Assembly (NCBI GenBank): GCA_028698215.1
Contig: JAQVDY010000006.1
Span: 2,705 to 66,704 of the forward strand
From: Actinomycetota bacterium
GTDB taxonomy: Bacteria; Actinomycetota; Humimicrobiia; Humimicrobiales; Humimicrobiaceae
Direction of reading: 5' to 3'
DNA length: 64,000 nt
Within the stretch, counting starts at the first letter, position 1; the number at the start of each line of letters is the position of its first letter. The translations under genes and the position numbers were made by a program. The notes under the pieces were generated by a model that ran no database searches, had not been told where the DNA came from, and saw only the letters and a program-made list of their open reading frames with translations. Below, piece after piece: positions 8,881 through 18,253 of the stretch.

Positions 8881-10161
8881 CTATTTTTTTAGAAATGGCA
8901 TAACATAAGGCCCTTCTGGAATTACGGTAACTTTTGCATCTTTCCCATACCGGGCAAACCCAATATCTAAAGCTTCCGAAACCGAATTAACCAATTTAAG
9001 GGTATCTTCAGGTATACCCTGGCCGCAGTCCGTCAGGCAATGGCTGTACAAATATATCTCCGCTTTTTTCCTGGCCTTTGCCAGCTCTTCCAGCTCCCAC
9101 TGGTCTATTTTAAAATAGTCGGTATTGCAGATCCTGTCCATGAACCGGCCTAAATCCTTTTCTGATTTTAGGAGCTGTGTAAATTCCTGGCTGCCTATTT
9201 CCTGGATGCACTGGGCAGCAATAATTATCATGCCGTCCTGTTTTACCGCAGGCAGGCAGCCTACCATGCCTTTTACAGCCTGATAGACATTTACATCCAG
9301 GGGCAGGCCGCCTCCGGTAGTAATAACTATATCTGCCTCCTGGCTAATTTCTGCCCTGCTGGACTTAAGGCAGAACTCTGCCCCCTGCCGGTGGGCCGTT
9401 ACCAGGTCACCGCAGAATATGCCGGTAACCTGCTTTTCCTTGTTAATAGTCACATTTACTATAAAATCTACCCCTGCTTTCTTTGCTATTTCAGTAGCCT
9501 CTTCATGGAAGGGATTGCCGTCCAGCACCCCGGTGGTGGAATGGCTGGACTCCAGTATGGCCGGGCCATGAAAGTATTTAAACATATCCATATAGCTAAT
9601 GCCGGGGCATATGGATTTTCTTCCTCCAGAAAAACCGGCCATAAAATGGGGTTCGATCAAGCCGGTTAAAATTTTAAAGTCAGCTTTTAGGTAATTCTTA
9701 TTTAAAATGACGGGAGTGCCCTGGGAAGTCTGCCCAATATCCTGGCAAGACTGACGGTCCCGGGCATCATGATTTATAATGCGGTAGGTTTCAGCTATGT
9801 TTTTGCCTACCAGCTGTTCTAACTCTTTACCTACATTGGGCCGGTGCAGCCCGGTAGCAATGAGTATGGTAATGTTTTCCCGGGCTATGCCATAGCTTTC
9901 CAGCTCCGCCAGAAGCACCTCTAAAATCAACCGGGTAGGCACTGCCCTGGTGGAATCTGAAATAATGATACAAACATCTTTTTTGCCTGCCACCAGTTTC
10001 TCCAGCGGCTGGCTGTCAATGGGGTTTTTAATACTTTCAGCGATTTTCTGCTCAGGATGGTCCACCGGTTTAGTGGGCCTGGTTTCCAGCACATACAGCA
10101 GGTTCCTTTCCGGAACCTCTACCTCTAGTTTGGTATTGCCGTAATCTAGTTTTATTCCCAT
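8881..10161 (-). CDS. larA: Nickel-pincer-nucleotide-dependent lactate racemase family protein (LarA / DUF2088).
   Basis: A 426-aa protein with LarA-like N- and C-terminal domain patterns, and the conserved His/Lys-rich segments typical of LarA. larBCE are not in the window. Confidence 0.55.
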   Translation of the reverse strand: MGIKLDYGNTKLEVEVPERNLLYVLETRPTKPVDHPEQKIAESIKNPIDSQPLEKLVAGKKDVCIIISDSTRAVPTRLILEVLLAELESYGIARENITILIATGLHRPNVGKELEQLVGKNIAETYRIINHDARDRQSCQDIGQTSQGTPVILNKNYLKADFKILTGLIEPHFMAGFSGGRKSICPGISYMDMFKYFHGPAILESSHSTTGVLDGNPFHEEATEIAKKAGVDFIVNVTINKEKQVTGIFCGDLVTAHRQGAEFCLKSSRAEISQEADIVITTGGGLPLDVNVYQAVKGMVGCLPAVKQDGMIIIAAQCIQEIGSQEFTQLLKSEKDLGRFMDRICNTDYFKIDQWELEELAKARKKAEIYLYSHCLTDCGQGIPEDTLKLVNSVSEALDIGFARYGKDAKVTVIPEGPYVMPFLKK

Positions 10162-10164
10162 AAT

Positions 10165-10713
10165 TTACATTATTGCCCTATACAAATCCTTATGTGGTGA
10201 TGCTATTACCCTGTAATCTACTAAAAAATCTTTTTCCCGGGCATAAGATATGGCTGCCGAAATTGATTCATTAACTGAAGATACATCACCATTGATTATG
10301 ACCATATTTTTGCCGCCAATAGCCCTGGCGATCCTTATCTCTACCAGGTCTACCGATGTAGCTTTAACCGCAGCATCCGCAGCCACGATAATAGAAGGCG
10401 AAGTAAGGGTTTCTACCACGCCTATGGACTTCCATTCCTTTACCTCCGAAGCCTGGTTGATAGCAGAAAACAGCTCGGGGTAAACATTGGATACAGCCCC
10501 ATAATCTATGATAAAGTTTTCATTTTCATCTACTACTACCTGCAGGGAATTGGATACAGCGCTAACGCTGCCCGCAAATACAATATAATATTTTCCCGGA
10601 CAGATGGTTTTAGCATCCAATATCCTTACATCTGAGGCCTTGACCAGAGTATCTATGGCCCCAATTCCAATAGCAATACTGCGAAACTCTACAATTCCAA
10701 TAGACTTTTCCAT
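10165..10713 (-). CDS. BMC-T shell protein (tandem BMC domains, PduT-like). It carries the conserved pore cysteine for a 4Fe-4S cluster.
   Basis: There are two BMC domains. The motif KTICPGKYYIV matches PduT KTICPGKF around Cys38. Confidence 0.7.
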   Translation of the reverse strand: MEKSIGIVEFRSIAIGIGAIDTLVKASDVRILDAKTICPGKYYIVFAGSVSAVSNSLQVVVDENENFIIDYGAVSNVYPELFSAINQASEVKEWKSIGVVETLTSPSIIVAADAAVKATSVDLVEIRIARAIGGKNMVIINGDVSSVNESISAAISYAREKDFLVDYRVIASPHKDLYRAIM

Positions 10714-10732
10714 TAATCTAATTCCGCCCTAT

Positions 10733-11104
10733 CTATTTTTTGTTTTTCTTCTTTCCGCCGCTTACCTTGGCCGGTTTTTCCTGTTTACGGCTTCGTGACC
10801 GGGGAAAAGTGCCCTTGCCGTCACGAACCATCTTGCCCGATATAATTTTTTCCAAATCAGGATGAGGCCTGGGTATTATATGTACACTTATGATTTCTCC
10901 AATCCTCTTGGCTGCTGCTGAGCCTGAGTCCAAAGCAGCCTTAACTGCGCCTACATCGCCGGATATGATTACGGCAGCATAACCGCTGCCTACATAAGCC
11001 TTGGATATAAGCTTAACATTGGCCGCCTTTACCATAGCATCTGCAGCTTCGGTGGCCCCCACCAGTCCCCTGGTTTCAATAAGTCCTATTGCTTCCCCGT
11101 TCAT
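10733..11104 (-). CDS. BMC-H shell protein (PduA/EutM-like) with a ~30-aa Lys/Arg-rich C-terminal tail.
   Basis: The sequence [32 protein letters not shown]...[11 protein letters not shown] is canonical BMC-H. The tail is [28 protein letters not shown]. Confidence 0.8.
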   Translation of the reverse strand: MNGEAIGLIETRGLVGATEAADAMVKAANVKLISKAYVGSGYAAVIISGDVGAVKAALDSGSAAAKRIGEIISVHIIPRPHPDLEKIISGKMVRDGKGTFPRSRSRKQEKPAKVSGGKKKNKK

Positions 11105-11128
11105 CGGTTAAAATCTCCTTTCAAAGCC

Positions 11129-12547
11129 CTATTTCACAAAGTTCATAGAGCGGTACATAGTTATTTTTCGCTGCCTGGTGAAAGTCCTGGGGGTGGTATG
11201 CCCTTCCCCGGTAGCACCAGCCAGGGTCCAGGATGTTCCGCCTGTGGCCAGGGTTCCGGCGCTTCTTTGAGAAGCCCCGTTGACAATAAAATTAGTAGTG
11301 CCGATCTTCTGGCCATAATAGGTTATACGGCTCAGGTCTTTGGAATGGACCATAGCGGTATGCCTGAAACCATGCTCTACTTCACAGGCCATATCTACTG
11401 CCTGCTCAAAGGTATCTGCAATCAATATGGGCACTATGGGCATAAGCTGCTCATGCTGTACCAGCGGATGGGAAATGGAATCTGCCACAAACACCGCCAG
11501 CTTAACCGAGTTGTCCACATTGATGCCTGCCTGCTGCAGGATTACCGGGCAATCCTTGCCCATCAATGGTTTAACTATCTCTCCATCTTTTACTACCAGA
11601 CCGGTTACCTTGGCAGCCTGATCCGGGTTTAGTACCACTGTCTTGTTTTTAGCAATGGCAGAAAGGAACCTGTCAGCCACGCTTCTCAGTACAATAATTA
11701 CCTTCTCGTCATTACACAATATATTGTTGTCAAAAGCAGCTCCAAAGGCGATTTCGCTGGCTGCCAGTTCGATATCTGCGGTATCGTCTACCACTGCCGG
11801 CGGATTGCCGGGTCCGGCGCCAATAGCCTTCTTGCCGCTCTTCATAGCCATATCCACTATCTGGGGCCCCCCGGTAGCACAAATTAAATTTATATCCGGG
11901 CTTTTAAACACGGCAGCTGCATTCTGCATCTTGGCTTCCCTGGTAGCGGTAATAAGGTTGGGAGGCCCGCCGGCATCCACTATAGCCTTATGAACTACCT
12001 TAAAGGATTCCAGGGTACACTTATTAGCTGCCGGATGAGGCAGGAATACCACTGAGTTTCCTGCGGAAACCATGATTATAGTATTATTGATAACCATGGG
12101 AGTAGGGTTGGTCATAGGAGTTATAGCCCCTATCACTCCCCATGGAGCCATCTCGAAAGTCTGGGTTCCGTCATCACTGCTAAAAGTGGTAACTTCCAGC
12201 TCTTCGGGACCCACTGTCCAATCGATAGCCACTCTTACCTTTTCTTTTTTATCCTCAAAGTTGCCCATCTTGGTTTCATCTACACTTAACCTGGCAAAGT
12301 TTTCTATATGCTTTCTGCATTCCCTGCGGATTGAATCCACTATCTTGTAGCGGATATCTTTACCCATAGCGGATAGTTGCTGTTGAGCTACTTTTGCTGC
12401 CTTTATGGCATCCTCAATATTATCAAACAAACCATCAGCAGAGGTAACCACAGATGAAGCCTTAAGGCTGGTAGAATTTTGGCTAACCGAAAGGTTATCC
12501 ACCACACTTCTTACTATTCTCTCTACGGTTTTTTCATCTATAGCCAC
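11129..12547 (-). CDS. CoA-acylating aldehyde dehydrogenase (PduP/EutE-like) with an N-terminal encapsulation peptide.
   Basis: It is ALDH-superfamily throughout, with the catalytic Cys region ILCNDEKV. The N-terminal amphipathic helix EKTVERIVRSVVDNL, followed by a Ser/Thr linker, resembles the PduP encapsulation peptide. Confidence 0.75.
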   Translation of the reverse strand: MAIDEKTVERIVRSVVDNLSVSQNSTSLKASSVVTSADGLFDNIEDAIKAAKVAQQQLSAMGKDIRYKIVDSIRRECRKHIENFARLSVDETKMGNFEDKKEKVRVAIDWTVGPEELEVTTFSSDDGTQTFEMAPWGVIGAITPMTNPTPMVINNTIIMVSAGNSVVFLPHPAANKCTLESFKVVHKAIVDAGGPPNLITATREAKMQNAAAVFKSPDINLICATGGPQIVDMAMKSGKKAIGAGPGNPPAVVDDTADIELAASEIAFGAAFDNNILCNDEKVIIVLRSVADRFLSAIAKNKTVVLNPDQAAKVTGLVVKDGEIVKPLMGKDCPVILQQAGINVDNSVKLAVFVADSISHPLVQHEQLMPIVPILIADTFEQAVDMACEVEHGFRHTAMVHSKDLSRITYYGQKIGTTNFIVNGASQRSAGTLATGGTSWTLAGATGEGHTTPRTFTRQRKITMYRSMNFVK

Positions 12548-12581
12548 ATCTTACCCCCTGTAAATTTCATTACTTTGTAAA

Positions 12582-13583
12582 TCAATTGATCTTAATACCT
12601 CTTTCTTTTGCTTCGTCTCTAGCCAGCGGGGTTAATATAACATTGGGGCCCAAAGTTATGCCGGTATCCCTGTACTGGTCCAGGTCATCTGCAGTAATTA
12701 CCAGTTTTCTGCCATTGCTGCTTTCAGGAGCCGATGGCACTTCTATTGTCTGGGCCTGGTCATTAGCAGAGCTTGAATTGATGCTTTTCAGTACATTGAT
12801 ATCAGTGATCTCTCCTGCATAACTGCCGTCAGGAATCTCCGGGGGAGTCCCATTGGCATTAGCCATCTGCGGCGCAATAGGGGCAATACAGGAAGCATCA
12901 ACTACTTCTACCAAGCTGCCGTTAACAATATCAGCCGCATTGGCATCATCAGTATCCACATGCATCTCAGTTTTAAAATCAGGAGCAACCCTTACCTGCA
13001 CATTATTAAAGGTAAGGCCTTTTGGCCCGGGTACCCTTACATCAACTTCATCATTGTCTTTTAGGCCAAAGTAGTTGGCATCCTCGGTACACATATGTAT
13101 GTGACGGTTTGCCCTTATGACCCCTTCTTTTAGATAAACCACGCCTTTAGGTCCCACAATCACCGCGGAGGAAGTGCCCTCCAGCTTGCCGCTGGGCTTA
13201 ACCGGGGCGTCTACCCCCAATATGATGCAGTCAGTTTTAGCCAACTCCACCTGTGACCTGTCCCTTAAAGGCCCCAGGATCCTCACATTCTGCAGGGCAT
13301 TAAGTTTAGGTCCTACCACTGTGACTGTTTCTTTGGCTGCAAATCCGGGGTTATAAAGTTCCCTTAAGGGAGTAAGCTTGTAGCCCTTGCCAAACAATGT
13401 ATCCAAATCTTCCTGGCAAAGGTGGACATGCCTTACTGATACCCCGCATACTATTTTCCTGTTACCTGTTTTTACCTGTCCCATATCCTGGCTAGCAACC
13501 GCCTTCTGAGGTACTTTTGGCTCGGACTGCAGTTTTTCCATTACGCTAATAACCACATCCCGAATTAGTTTTTCGGTATCCAC
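12582..13583 (-). CDS. PduL-type phosphotransacylase with an N-terminal encapsulation peptide and an uncharacterised ~110-aa C-terminal extension.
   Basis: There are two PduL repeats with the motifs RHVH and RHIHM. The N-terminal helix is EKLIRDVVISVMEKL. The C-terminal segment RKLVITADDLDQYRDTGITLGPNVILTPLARDEAKERGI is not part of canonical PduL. Confidence 0.7.
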   Translation of the reverse strand: MDTEKLIRDVVISVMEKLQSEPKVPQKAVASQDMGQVKTGNRKIVCGVSVRHVHLCQEDLDTLFGKGYKLTPLRELYNPGFAAKETVTVVGPKLNALQNVRILGPLRDRSQVELAKTDCIILGVDAPVKPSGKLEGTSSAVIVGPKGVVYLKEGVIRANRHIHMCTEDANYFGLKDNDEVDVRVPGPKGLTFNNVQVRVAPDFKTEMHVDTDDANAADIVNGSLVEVVDASCIAPIAPQMANANGTPPEIPDGSYAGEITDINVLKSINSSSANDQAQTIEVPSAPESSNGRKLVITADDLDQYRDTGITLGPNVILTPLARDEAKERGIKIN

Positions 13584-13625
13584 TTTAAAATACCTCTCTT
13601 TTATTTAACAATAAATAATTTTGGC

Positions 13626-13901
13626 TTATTCACTAGGTAAAATCAGGTCCAGATCCTGATGAGGTCTAGGAATAACGTGAACTGAGAGAAGTTCTCCTAC
13701 CCTTTTTGCGGCAGCAGCACCAGCGTCAACAGCTGCCTTTACTGCGCCTACGTCGCCTTTAACTATAACTGTTACCAAGCCGCCGCCGATTCTTTCCTGG
13801 CCCATCAAGGTAACATTTGCAGCTTTAACCATTGCGTCAGCTGCTTCTACTGATCCTACTAGTCCTCTGGTTTCGATTAAACCAATTGCTTCTCCTGCCA
13901 T
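13626..13901 (-). CDS. BMC-H shell protein (PduA/EutM-like).
   Basis: The sequence [32 protein letters not shown]... is canonical BMC-H. Size is 91 aa. Confidence 0.85.
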   Translation of the reverse strand: MAGEAIGLIETRGLVGSVEAADAMVKAANVTLMGQERIGGGLVTVIVKGDVGAVKAAVDAGAAAAKRVGELLSVHVIPRPHQDLDLILPSE

Positions 13902-13974
13902 TTTTGTTTCTCCTTTTTTATCTTATGGTTTACGAATTTATAATTATAAACAAAAATAAATATTTTAGTAGTGT

Positions 13975-14769
13975 TTATTTATTATTATCCAATATATTAG
14001 ACACTATTTTAGTTATCAGCCTGGACAGCTCATCCTTGGTCATAGTGATGGTGTCCCCGCTTCTGCCAGCCCCGGTCTCCGGGCCCAGCTGCTCTGAATT
14101 TATCCTGCATCCTGCATAATGCTGGTCCATTCCCCATTCCTGCCTGAGCTTTAGCATCTTTTCCACATTTTCCTTATCTATTAAGTTAATCTGTCCCAAC
14201 TGCCTGGCCACCAGGTAAATCTTGGCAAACAGCTCCATGCTCTCCATCCGGTAATAAGCCTGGTATACATCTGAGCCTATAGACAGAGCCCCATGGTTTT
14301 CCAGTAAAAAAGCATTATGATGGGGCAGGTACTCCCGGATATTATTAGGTATCTCTTCCGTGGAAGGGGTTCCATATTTGGTGAGAGGTATGGATCCCAA
14401 AGCTATAACCACTTCCGGAATAACACACTGGTCCAAAGCCATCCCTGCACAGGCAAAACCAGTAGCTGTAGGGGGATGGGCATGTACCACTGACCCCACA
14501 TCCGGCCGGTTTTTATAAACATCCAGATGCATCTTGATTTCTGAAGAGGGCTCCAGCTCCCCTTCCAGCTTACGTCCTTCCCCATCTACCTTAATCAGCT
14601 GGTCGCTGGTAAGATAGCCCTTACTTCTTCCGGTAGGGGTGCATAGGTACAGGTTATTATCCATCTTAACCGATACATTGCCGTCATTGGCAGCTACCCA
14701 GCCCTGGGCATATACCCTATGGCAGATCTCTATAATGTCTTTCCTGTGCTCGCTCTCGCTTTTAGTCAT
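13975..14769 (-). CDS. Class II aldolase/adducin-family enzyme (fuculose/rhamnulose-phosphate-aldolase-like) with a C-terminal encapsulation peptide.
   Basis: The segment VVHAHPPTATGF has the class II aldolase zinc-binding H-x-H motif. A ~45-aa C-terminal extension ends in the amphipathic helix TKDELSRLITKIVSNIL. Confidence 0.65.
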   Translation of the reverse strand: MTKSESEHRKDIIEICHRVYAQGWVAANDGNVSVKMDNNLYLCTPTGRSKGYLTSDQLIKVDGEGRKLEGELEPSSEIKMHLDVYKNRPDVGSVVHAHPPTATGFACAGMALDQCVIPEVVIALGSIPLTKYGTPSTEEIPNNIREYLPHHNAFLLENHGALSIGSDVYQAYYRMESMELFAKIYLVARQLGQINLIDKENVEKMLKLRQEWGMDQHYAGCRINSEQLGPETGAGRSGDTITMTKDELSRLITKIVSNILDNNK

Positions 14770-14792
14770 TTAACTTCCTTTATTACATATAA

Positions 14793-15368
14793 TTAACATC
14801 TACACATGGCTGACGTAAGCCACCTTAATACCTGGGGATCTGGATTAGCTATGACCTTCTGGCCGATTAAAGCTCCCTTTTCTGCCAGGTACTCTGAGGC
14901 CACCCTTACTGCTTCCTGCACTGCAGCCAGCTGGCCGGTTATTACAAAAAAGCTGTTAACCCCGCATCCCCGGGCCAGCCTGAAATCCATAAACTCCACT
15001 TCCGCCGTGTCCACTGTAATATCTGCAGCATTGATAAGATAAGCCATCTGCATTGATTCCACTATCCCTATCGCTCCCAGCACCGCCGGGCTGATCTTAC
15101 CGCTTATGGCCCCTATGACCTTGGCATCTATACCCCCTATAATCTCGGTGCTGTACAGATGCTTGCCCCCCATATTTACCGCTACCTCCACAGAAGTATC
15201 CAGGGCATCCATCTCTCCCTCTACCAGGGTAAGGTATTTCCCCGGACAAAGGGAAGTGGCTACCAGCAGGTTAACCTGGGAAGCCTTTATCAGGCTGTCG
15301 GTAACCTCTACGCCCCTGGCTATGCTTTTAAACTCCATTACTGCTATATTTCCGATATTGTCTTTCAT
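14793..15368 (-). CDS. BMC-T shell protein (tandem BMC domains, PduT-like) with a conserved pore cysteine.
   Basis: There are two BMC domains. The motif TSLCPGKYLTL corresponds to the PduT Cys38 region. Confidence 0.7.
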   Translation of the reverse strand: MKDNIGNIAVMEFKSIARGVEVTDSLIKASQVNLLVATSLCPGKYLTLVEGEMDALDTSVEVAVNMGGKHLYSTEIIGGIDAKVIGAISGKISPAVLGAIGIVESMQMAYLINAADITVDTAEVEFMDFRLARGCGVNSFFVITGQLAAVQEAVRVASEYLAEKGALIGQKVIANPDPQVLRWLTSAMCRC

Positions 15369-16699
15369 TATCCTTTACCTATCTCCACATAATCAGAAGT
15401 TATGTTTAGCACTTTTCCGCTGATGGAGCTGTGGATCCTGGCTCCCAGTTTACCTTGGGGTATATCTGCTACCAGGCCGCCTTCCGGTACCAAATCGCCC
15501 ACTTTCACCACTGGAGATGAAGGCGCTCCTACGTGCTGGCTGAAATAAAGCTTGACTTGTTCCACCTTCCCGGTAAAATCTACCAGCTCAGTTTCAGGAT
15601 AATGGTCTATTTCCAGCCTTTGCCTAAGCCTGCTTACCGGAATCTTGCGGTAAGCCTTAAATTCATTGGCTTCTAAATCCTTCCTCTGGTGAGGATTCTT
15701 GATCCCCCTCTTGGCCAGCTCCACTTTAAGATGGTTGAAAATAGCCCGGGGAGAAAGGTCCACTATGCAGGCATACAGTTCACACAAGCCGCAGTCGCAG
15801 CATAAATAGGCATAATCGAAATTTTCTATATCCTGTTCATTTAGCTCTCCCTTGTACAGCCTCTTCATCATCTCATCAGGGAAAAGATCATGCCCTAACA
15901 GGTAGCGGGGGCATAGGTCAGTGCACATCCTGCAGCTAAGGCAGGCTGCCTGGCCCCTTTTGATCTGGCCTGAGGCTGACCTATTTTTCTGTACAGTCAC
16001 TATATTGTCTGCAGGCAGCACCATTATGGACTTGGTGGTTTTCTTTACTGCATAACTGTCCTGGTCAATCAGCTTGCCCATCATGGGACCTCCGTCATAG
16101 ACGGCGTATTCATCCGCAGTTATGCCTCCCACATAATCCAATAATAGTTTGACCGGGGTGCCTACCGGCACCTTTATGGTGGTTGGATTGGCAACTTCCC
16201 CGTTTAAGGTAACATATTTCTGGGTAACCTTGATTCCCTTGACCGCCTGGGCCACATTAAGCAGGGTTTCCACATTTATAACTACACAACCCACCATCAG
16301 GGGAATGCCCCCTTCCGGGACAATCCTGCCCGTAGCTTCATACACCATAGTCTGCTCATCACCTGCCGGGTAGAAATTCCCCATCTTGCAAAGCTCAAAA
16401 TCAAAGCCCTTTTTCTGGTAGCTTTCGATGGCAGCAATAGCTTTTTTGTATTTGGCTTTCAGGGCAATGATTACCCTTTTAGCGCCAGTAAGGTTAGCAG
16501 CAATTTTTAACCCTTCCAGCACTGTAGCAAATTCCTTTTCCAGCAACTGTTTGTCCACATCGATTAACGGCTCGCATTCAGCCGCGTTTACTATAAGGTT
16601 TTCAATTTTGGCATCCAGTTTTACATGAGTGGGAAAACCTGCGCCTCCGGCACCAACTACGCCGGCATCCTTGATACTATCAATTTCTTTACTTGCCAT
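15368..16699 (-). CDS. PduS/RnfC-like flavo-Fe-S oxidoreductase (NADH-binding plus two 4Fe-4S clusters).
   Basis: It has an RnfC-type N-terminus (VVGAGGAGFPTHVKL) and the cluster motifs CLSCRMCTDLCP and CCDCGLCELYAC. Size is 443 aa. Confidence 0.65.
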   Translation of the reverse strand: MASKEIDSIKDAGVVGAGGAGFPTHVKLDAKIENLIVNAAECEPLIDVDKQLLEKEFATVLEGLKIAANLTGAKRVIIALKAKYKKAIAAIESYQKKGFDFELCKMGNFYPAGDEQTMVYEATGRIVPEGGIPLMVGCVVINVETLLNVAQAVKGIKVTQKYVTLNGEVANPTTIKVPVGTPVKLLLDYVGGITADEYAVYDGGPMMGKLIDQDSYAVKKTTKSIMVLPADNIVTVQKNRSASGQIKRGQAACLSCRMCTDLCPRYLLGHDLFPDEMMKRLYKGELNEQDIENFDYAYLCCDCGLCELYACIVDLSPRAIFNHLKVELAKRGIKNPHQRKDLEANEFKAYRKIPVSRLRQRLEIDHYPETELVDFTGKVEQVKLYFSQHVGAPSSPVVKVGDLVPEGGLVADIPQGKLGARIHSSISGKVLNITSDYVEIGKG

Positions 16700-16700
16700 A

Positions 16701-16967
16701 TTACTCCAAATCTATTTTGTCAACTTTTGCCACTATGGCAGCATCGACATTTTTTTTACGGGTAATTTCAGTTCTTTTTGCCGTACTGCCCGTCACAATT
16801 AATCCAATTTCCCCCTCACCCAGGCCTACGGTGTCTACCGCCACAAAATATTCCGGCCTGCGGCTCAAATCTGTTTCCAGGCACTGTACCAGAAGTATCT
16901 TAAAACCTTCCAGGGTAGGGTCCTTTATAGTGGACGTAACTTTTCCTATTACTTTTACCAATCTCAT
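16701..16967 (-). CDS. BMC-P vertex pentamer protein (EutN/PduN/CcmL family), paralog type A.
   Basis: An 88-aa protein with the EutN_CcmL pattern (MRLVKVIGKV...VAVDTVGLGEGE...IVAKVD). Confidence 0.75.
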   Translation of the reverse strand: MRLVKVIGKVTSTIKDPTLEGFKILLVQCLETDLSRRPEYFVAVDTVGLGEGEIGLIVTGSTAKRTEITRKKNVDAAIVAKVDKIDLE

Positions 16968-16973
16968 AACTAT

Positions 16974-17264
16974 TCATCCGTTAATCACTTTGCCACCCTC
17001 AAGGTCAATACTGTCTACCAGCCCTACTATGCAGCCCCTTATGGGTATACTCCTGATACCCATAACCTTGCAGATAGTAACCCCGTTTTCAATCCAGTAG
17101 ACCAGGCTTCCTGAAGCAGCATTAAGGTAATCAGCCACAATTATCTTCCTGCCCCGGGTCCTGCCGTCAGGATCCAATGGCTCCAGCACCAAAAGCTTTA
17201 TTCCCTGCAGCCTTTCGTGCTTACTTGTGGACACTACATTGCCTATTACCTTACCCAGCCTCAT
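16974..17264 (-). CDS. BMC-P vertex pentamer protein, paralog type B.
   Basis: A 96-aa protein with the EutN_CcmL pattern (MRLGKVIGNVVST...). Confidence 0.7.
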   Translation of the reverse strand: MRLGKVIGNVVSTSKHERLQGIKLLVLEPLDPDGRTRGRKIIVADYLNAASGSLVYWIENGVTICKVMGIRSIPIRGCIVGLVDSIDLEGGKVING

Positions 17265-17265
17265 C

Positions 17266-18030
17266 TTAAAATATTACCTCTATTTGGTGTTGTTTAAAAA
17301 GATCAATATAACCAGCCTGTGGTTTCTTGTCTGTAATTATAGTATTAATGTCAGCCATTAGGCAAACCCTATTTAACGTGACCTTGCCAAATTTAGAGCT
17401 GTCCATAAGCAATACGGCCCTTGCCGAATTTTTAATTATAGAACGCTTTATAAAAATATTGTAGGGGTTGGGTTCAGTTACCCCTGCATCCAAAGATATG
17501 CCGGCGGCAGATATAAAGCAAAAGTCTAAATTTATGTCTTTCAGCAAGCCTGCTGCCAGAACCCCGTAAAAACTATTGGTCAGCATGTTGAGCTCGCCCC
17601 CGGTAGAAACCACCTTGATTTCAGGATTACCCTTAAGCTCATTTATGATTTCCAGCCCGTTGGTAATCACAGTTATATCGGGAATACCTTTAAGCCTGCG
17701 GGCCAGGGCCAGGCAAGTAGTAGAGCCATCTAAAAAAAGGCTGTCTCCCTTGCTAACCAAAGCAGTAGCCTTGGCCGCTATAATATCTTTTTCAGCAGTA
17801 TGTATCCTGTCCCGGAATTTGCTGGGAATCTCATGGGAGGAATCATTTAGGGCCAGGGCTCCCCCGTATACCCTTTTTAATACCCCTTCTTTTTCCAAAA
17901 CCGCCAGGTCCCTTAATACCGTCATTTCCGAAACATTGAACATGTCTGAAAGTTCGGAGGTCTTGATGCGGCCGTCCTTGTTTATAATCTTGGCGATTTC
18001 CAACTTTCTTTCTGCTGAAAGCATATCCAA
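17266..18030 (-). CDS. DeoR-family transcriptional regulator (HTH_DeoR plus DeoRC sugar-phosphate-binding domain).
   Basis: The N-terminal HTH is SELSDMFNVSEMTVLRDLAVLEKEG. The C-terminal DeoRC pattern is present. The annotated start is TTG; an internal ATG at 18024 is the more likely start. Confidence 0.75.
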   Translation of the reverse strand: MDMLSAERKLEIAKIINKDGRIKTSELSDMFNVSEMTVLRDLAVLEKEGVLKRVYGGALALNDSSHEIPSKFRDRIHTAEKDIIAAKATALVSKGDSLFLDGSTTCLALARRLKGIPDITVITNGLEIINELKGNPEIKVVSTGGELNMLTNSFYGVLAAGLLKDINLDFCFISAAGISLDAGVTEPNPYNIFIKRSIIKNSARAVLLMDSSKFGKVTLNRVCLMADINTIITDKKPQAGYIDLFKQHQIEVIF

Positions 18031-18197
18031 ATCCAGTTATGTTATTTGTTATTAGTTTATGTTTATTTCTGTGGTTTGTCAATTTCCATTTAGCAGGGCA
18101 ATATCTCTTTCCACCCCCGTACAAAGCGCATATATGCGGTATTTATATCAAATTTTCAGTTGATTTATTTTAACTGGGCAATAGTATAAAATTAAAA

Positions 18198-18215
18198 TAC
18201 AATCATTAGATTGTA
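18198..18215 (+). promoter_or_regulatory. Inverted repeat TACAATC-ATTA-GATTGTA, a candidate BlaI/CopY-type operator overlapping the promoter of the downstream regulator gene.
   Basis: A perfect 7-bp dyad with the TACA/TGTA core typical of BlaI/MecI/CopY boxes. It lies ~40 nt upstream of the ATG at 18254, downstream of a TTGATT -35 (18160-18165). Confidence 0.4.
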
Positions 18216-18253
18216 TATAAAATTTTTGCCGCAGCAGTAGAAGGAGGCCGCAA

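Noticed and set aside
17843-18124. A 93-aa minus-strand ORF spanning the DeoR gene start and the divergent promoter region.
   Set aside because: It overlaps the DeoR N-terminus in another frame and the promoter/operator region. It has a Gly/Lys/Arg-rich low-complexity product.
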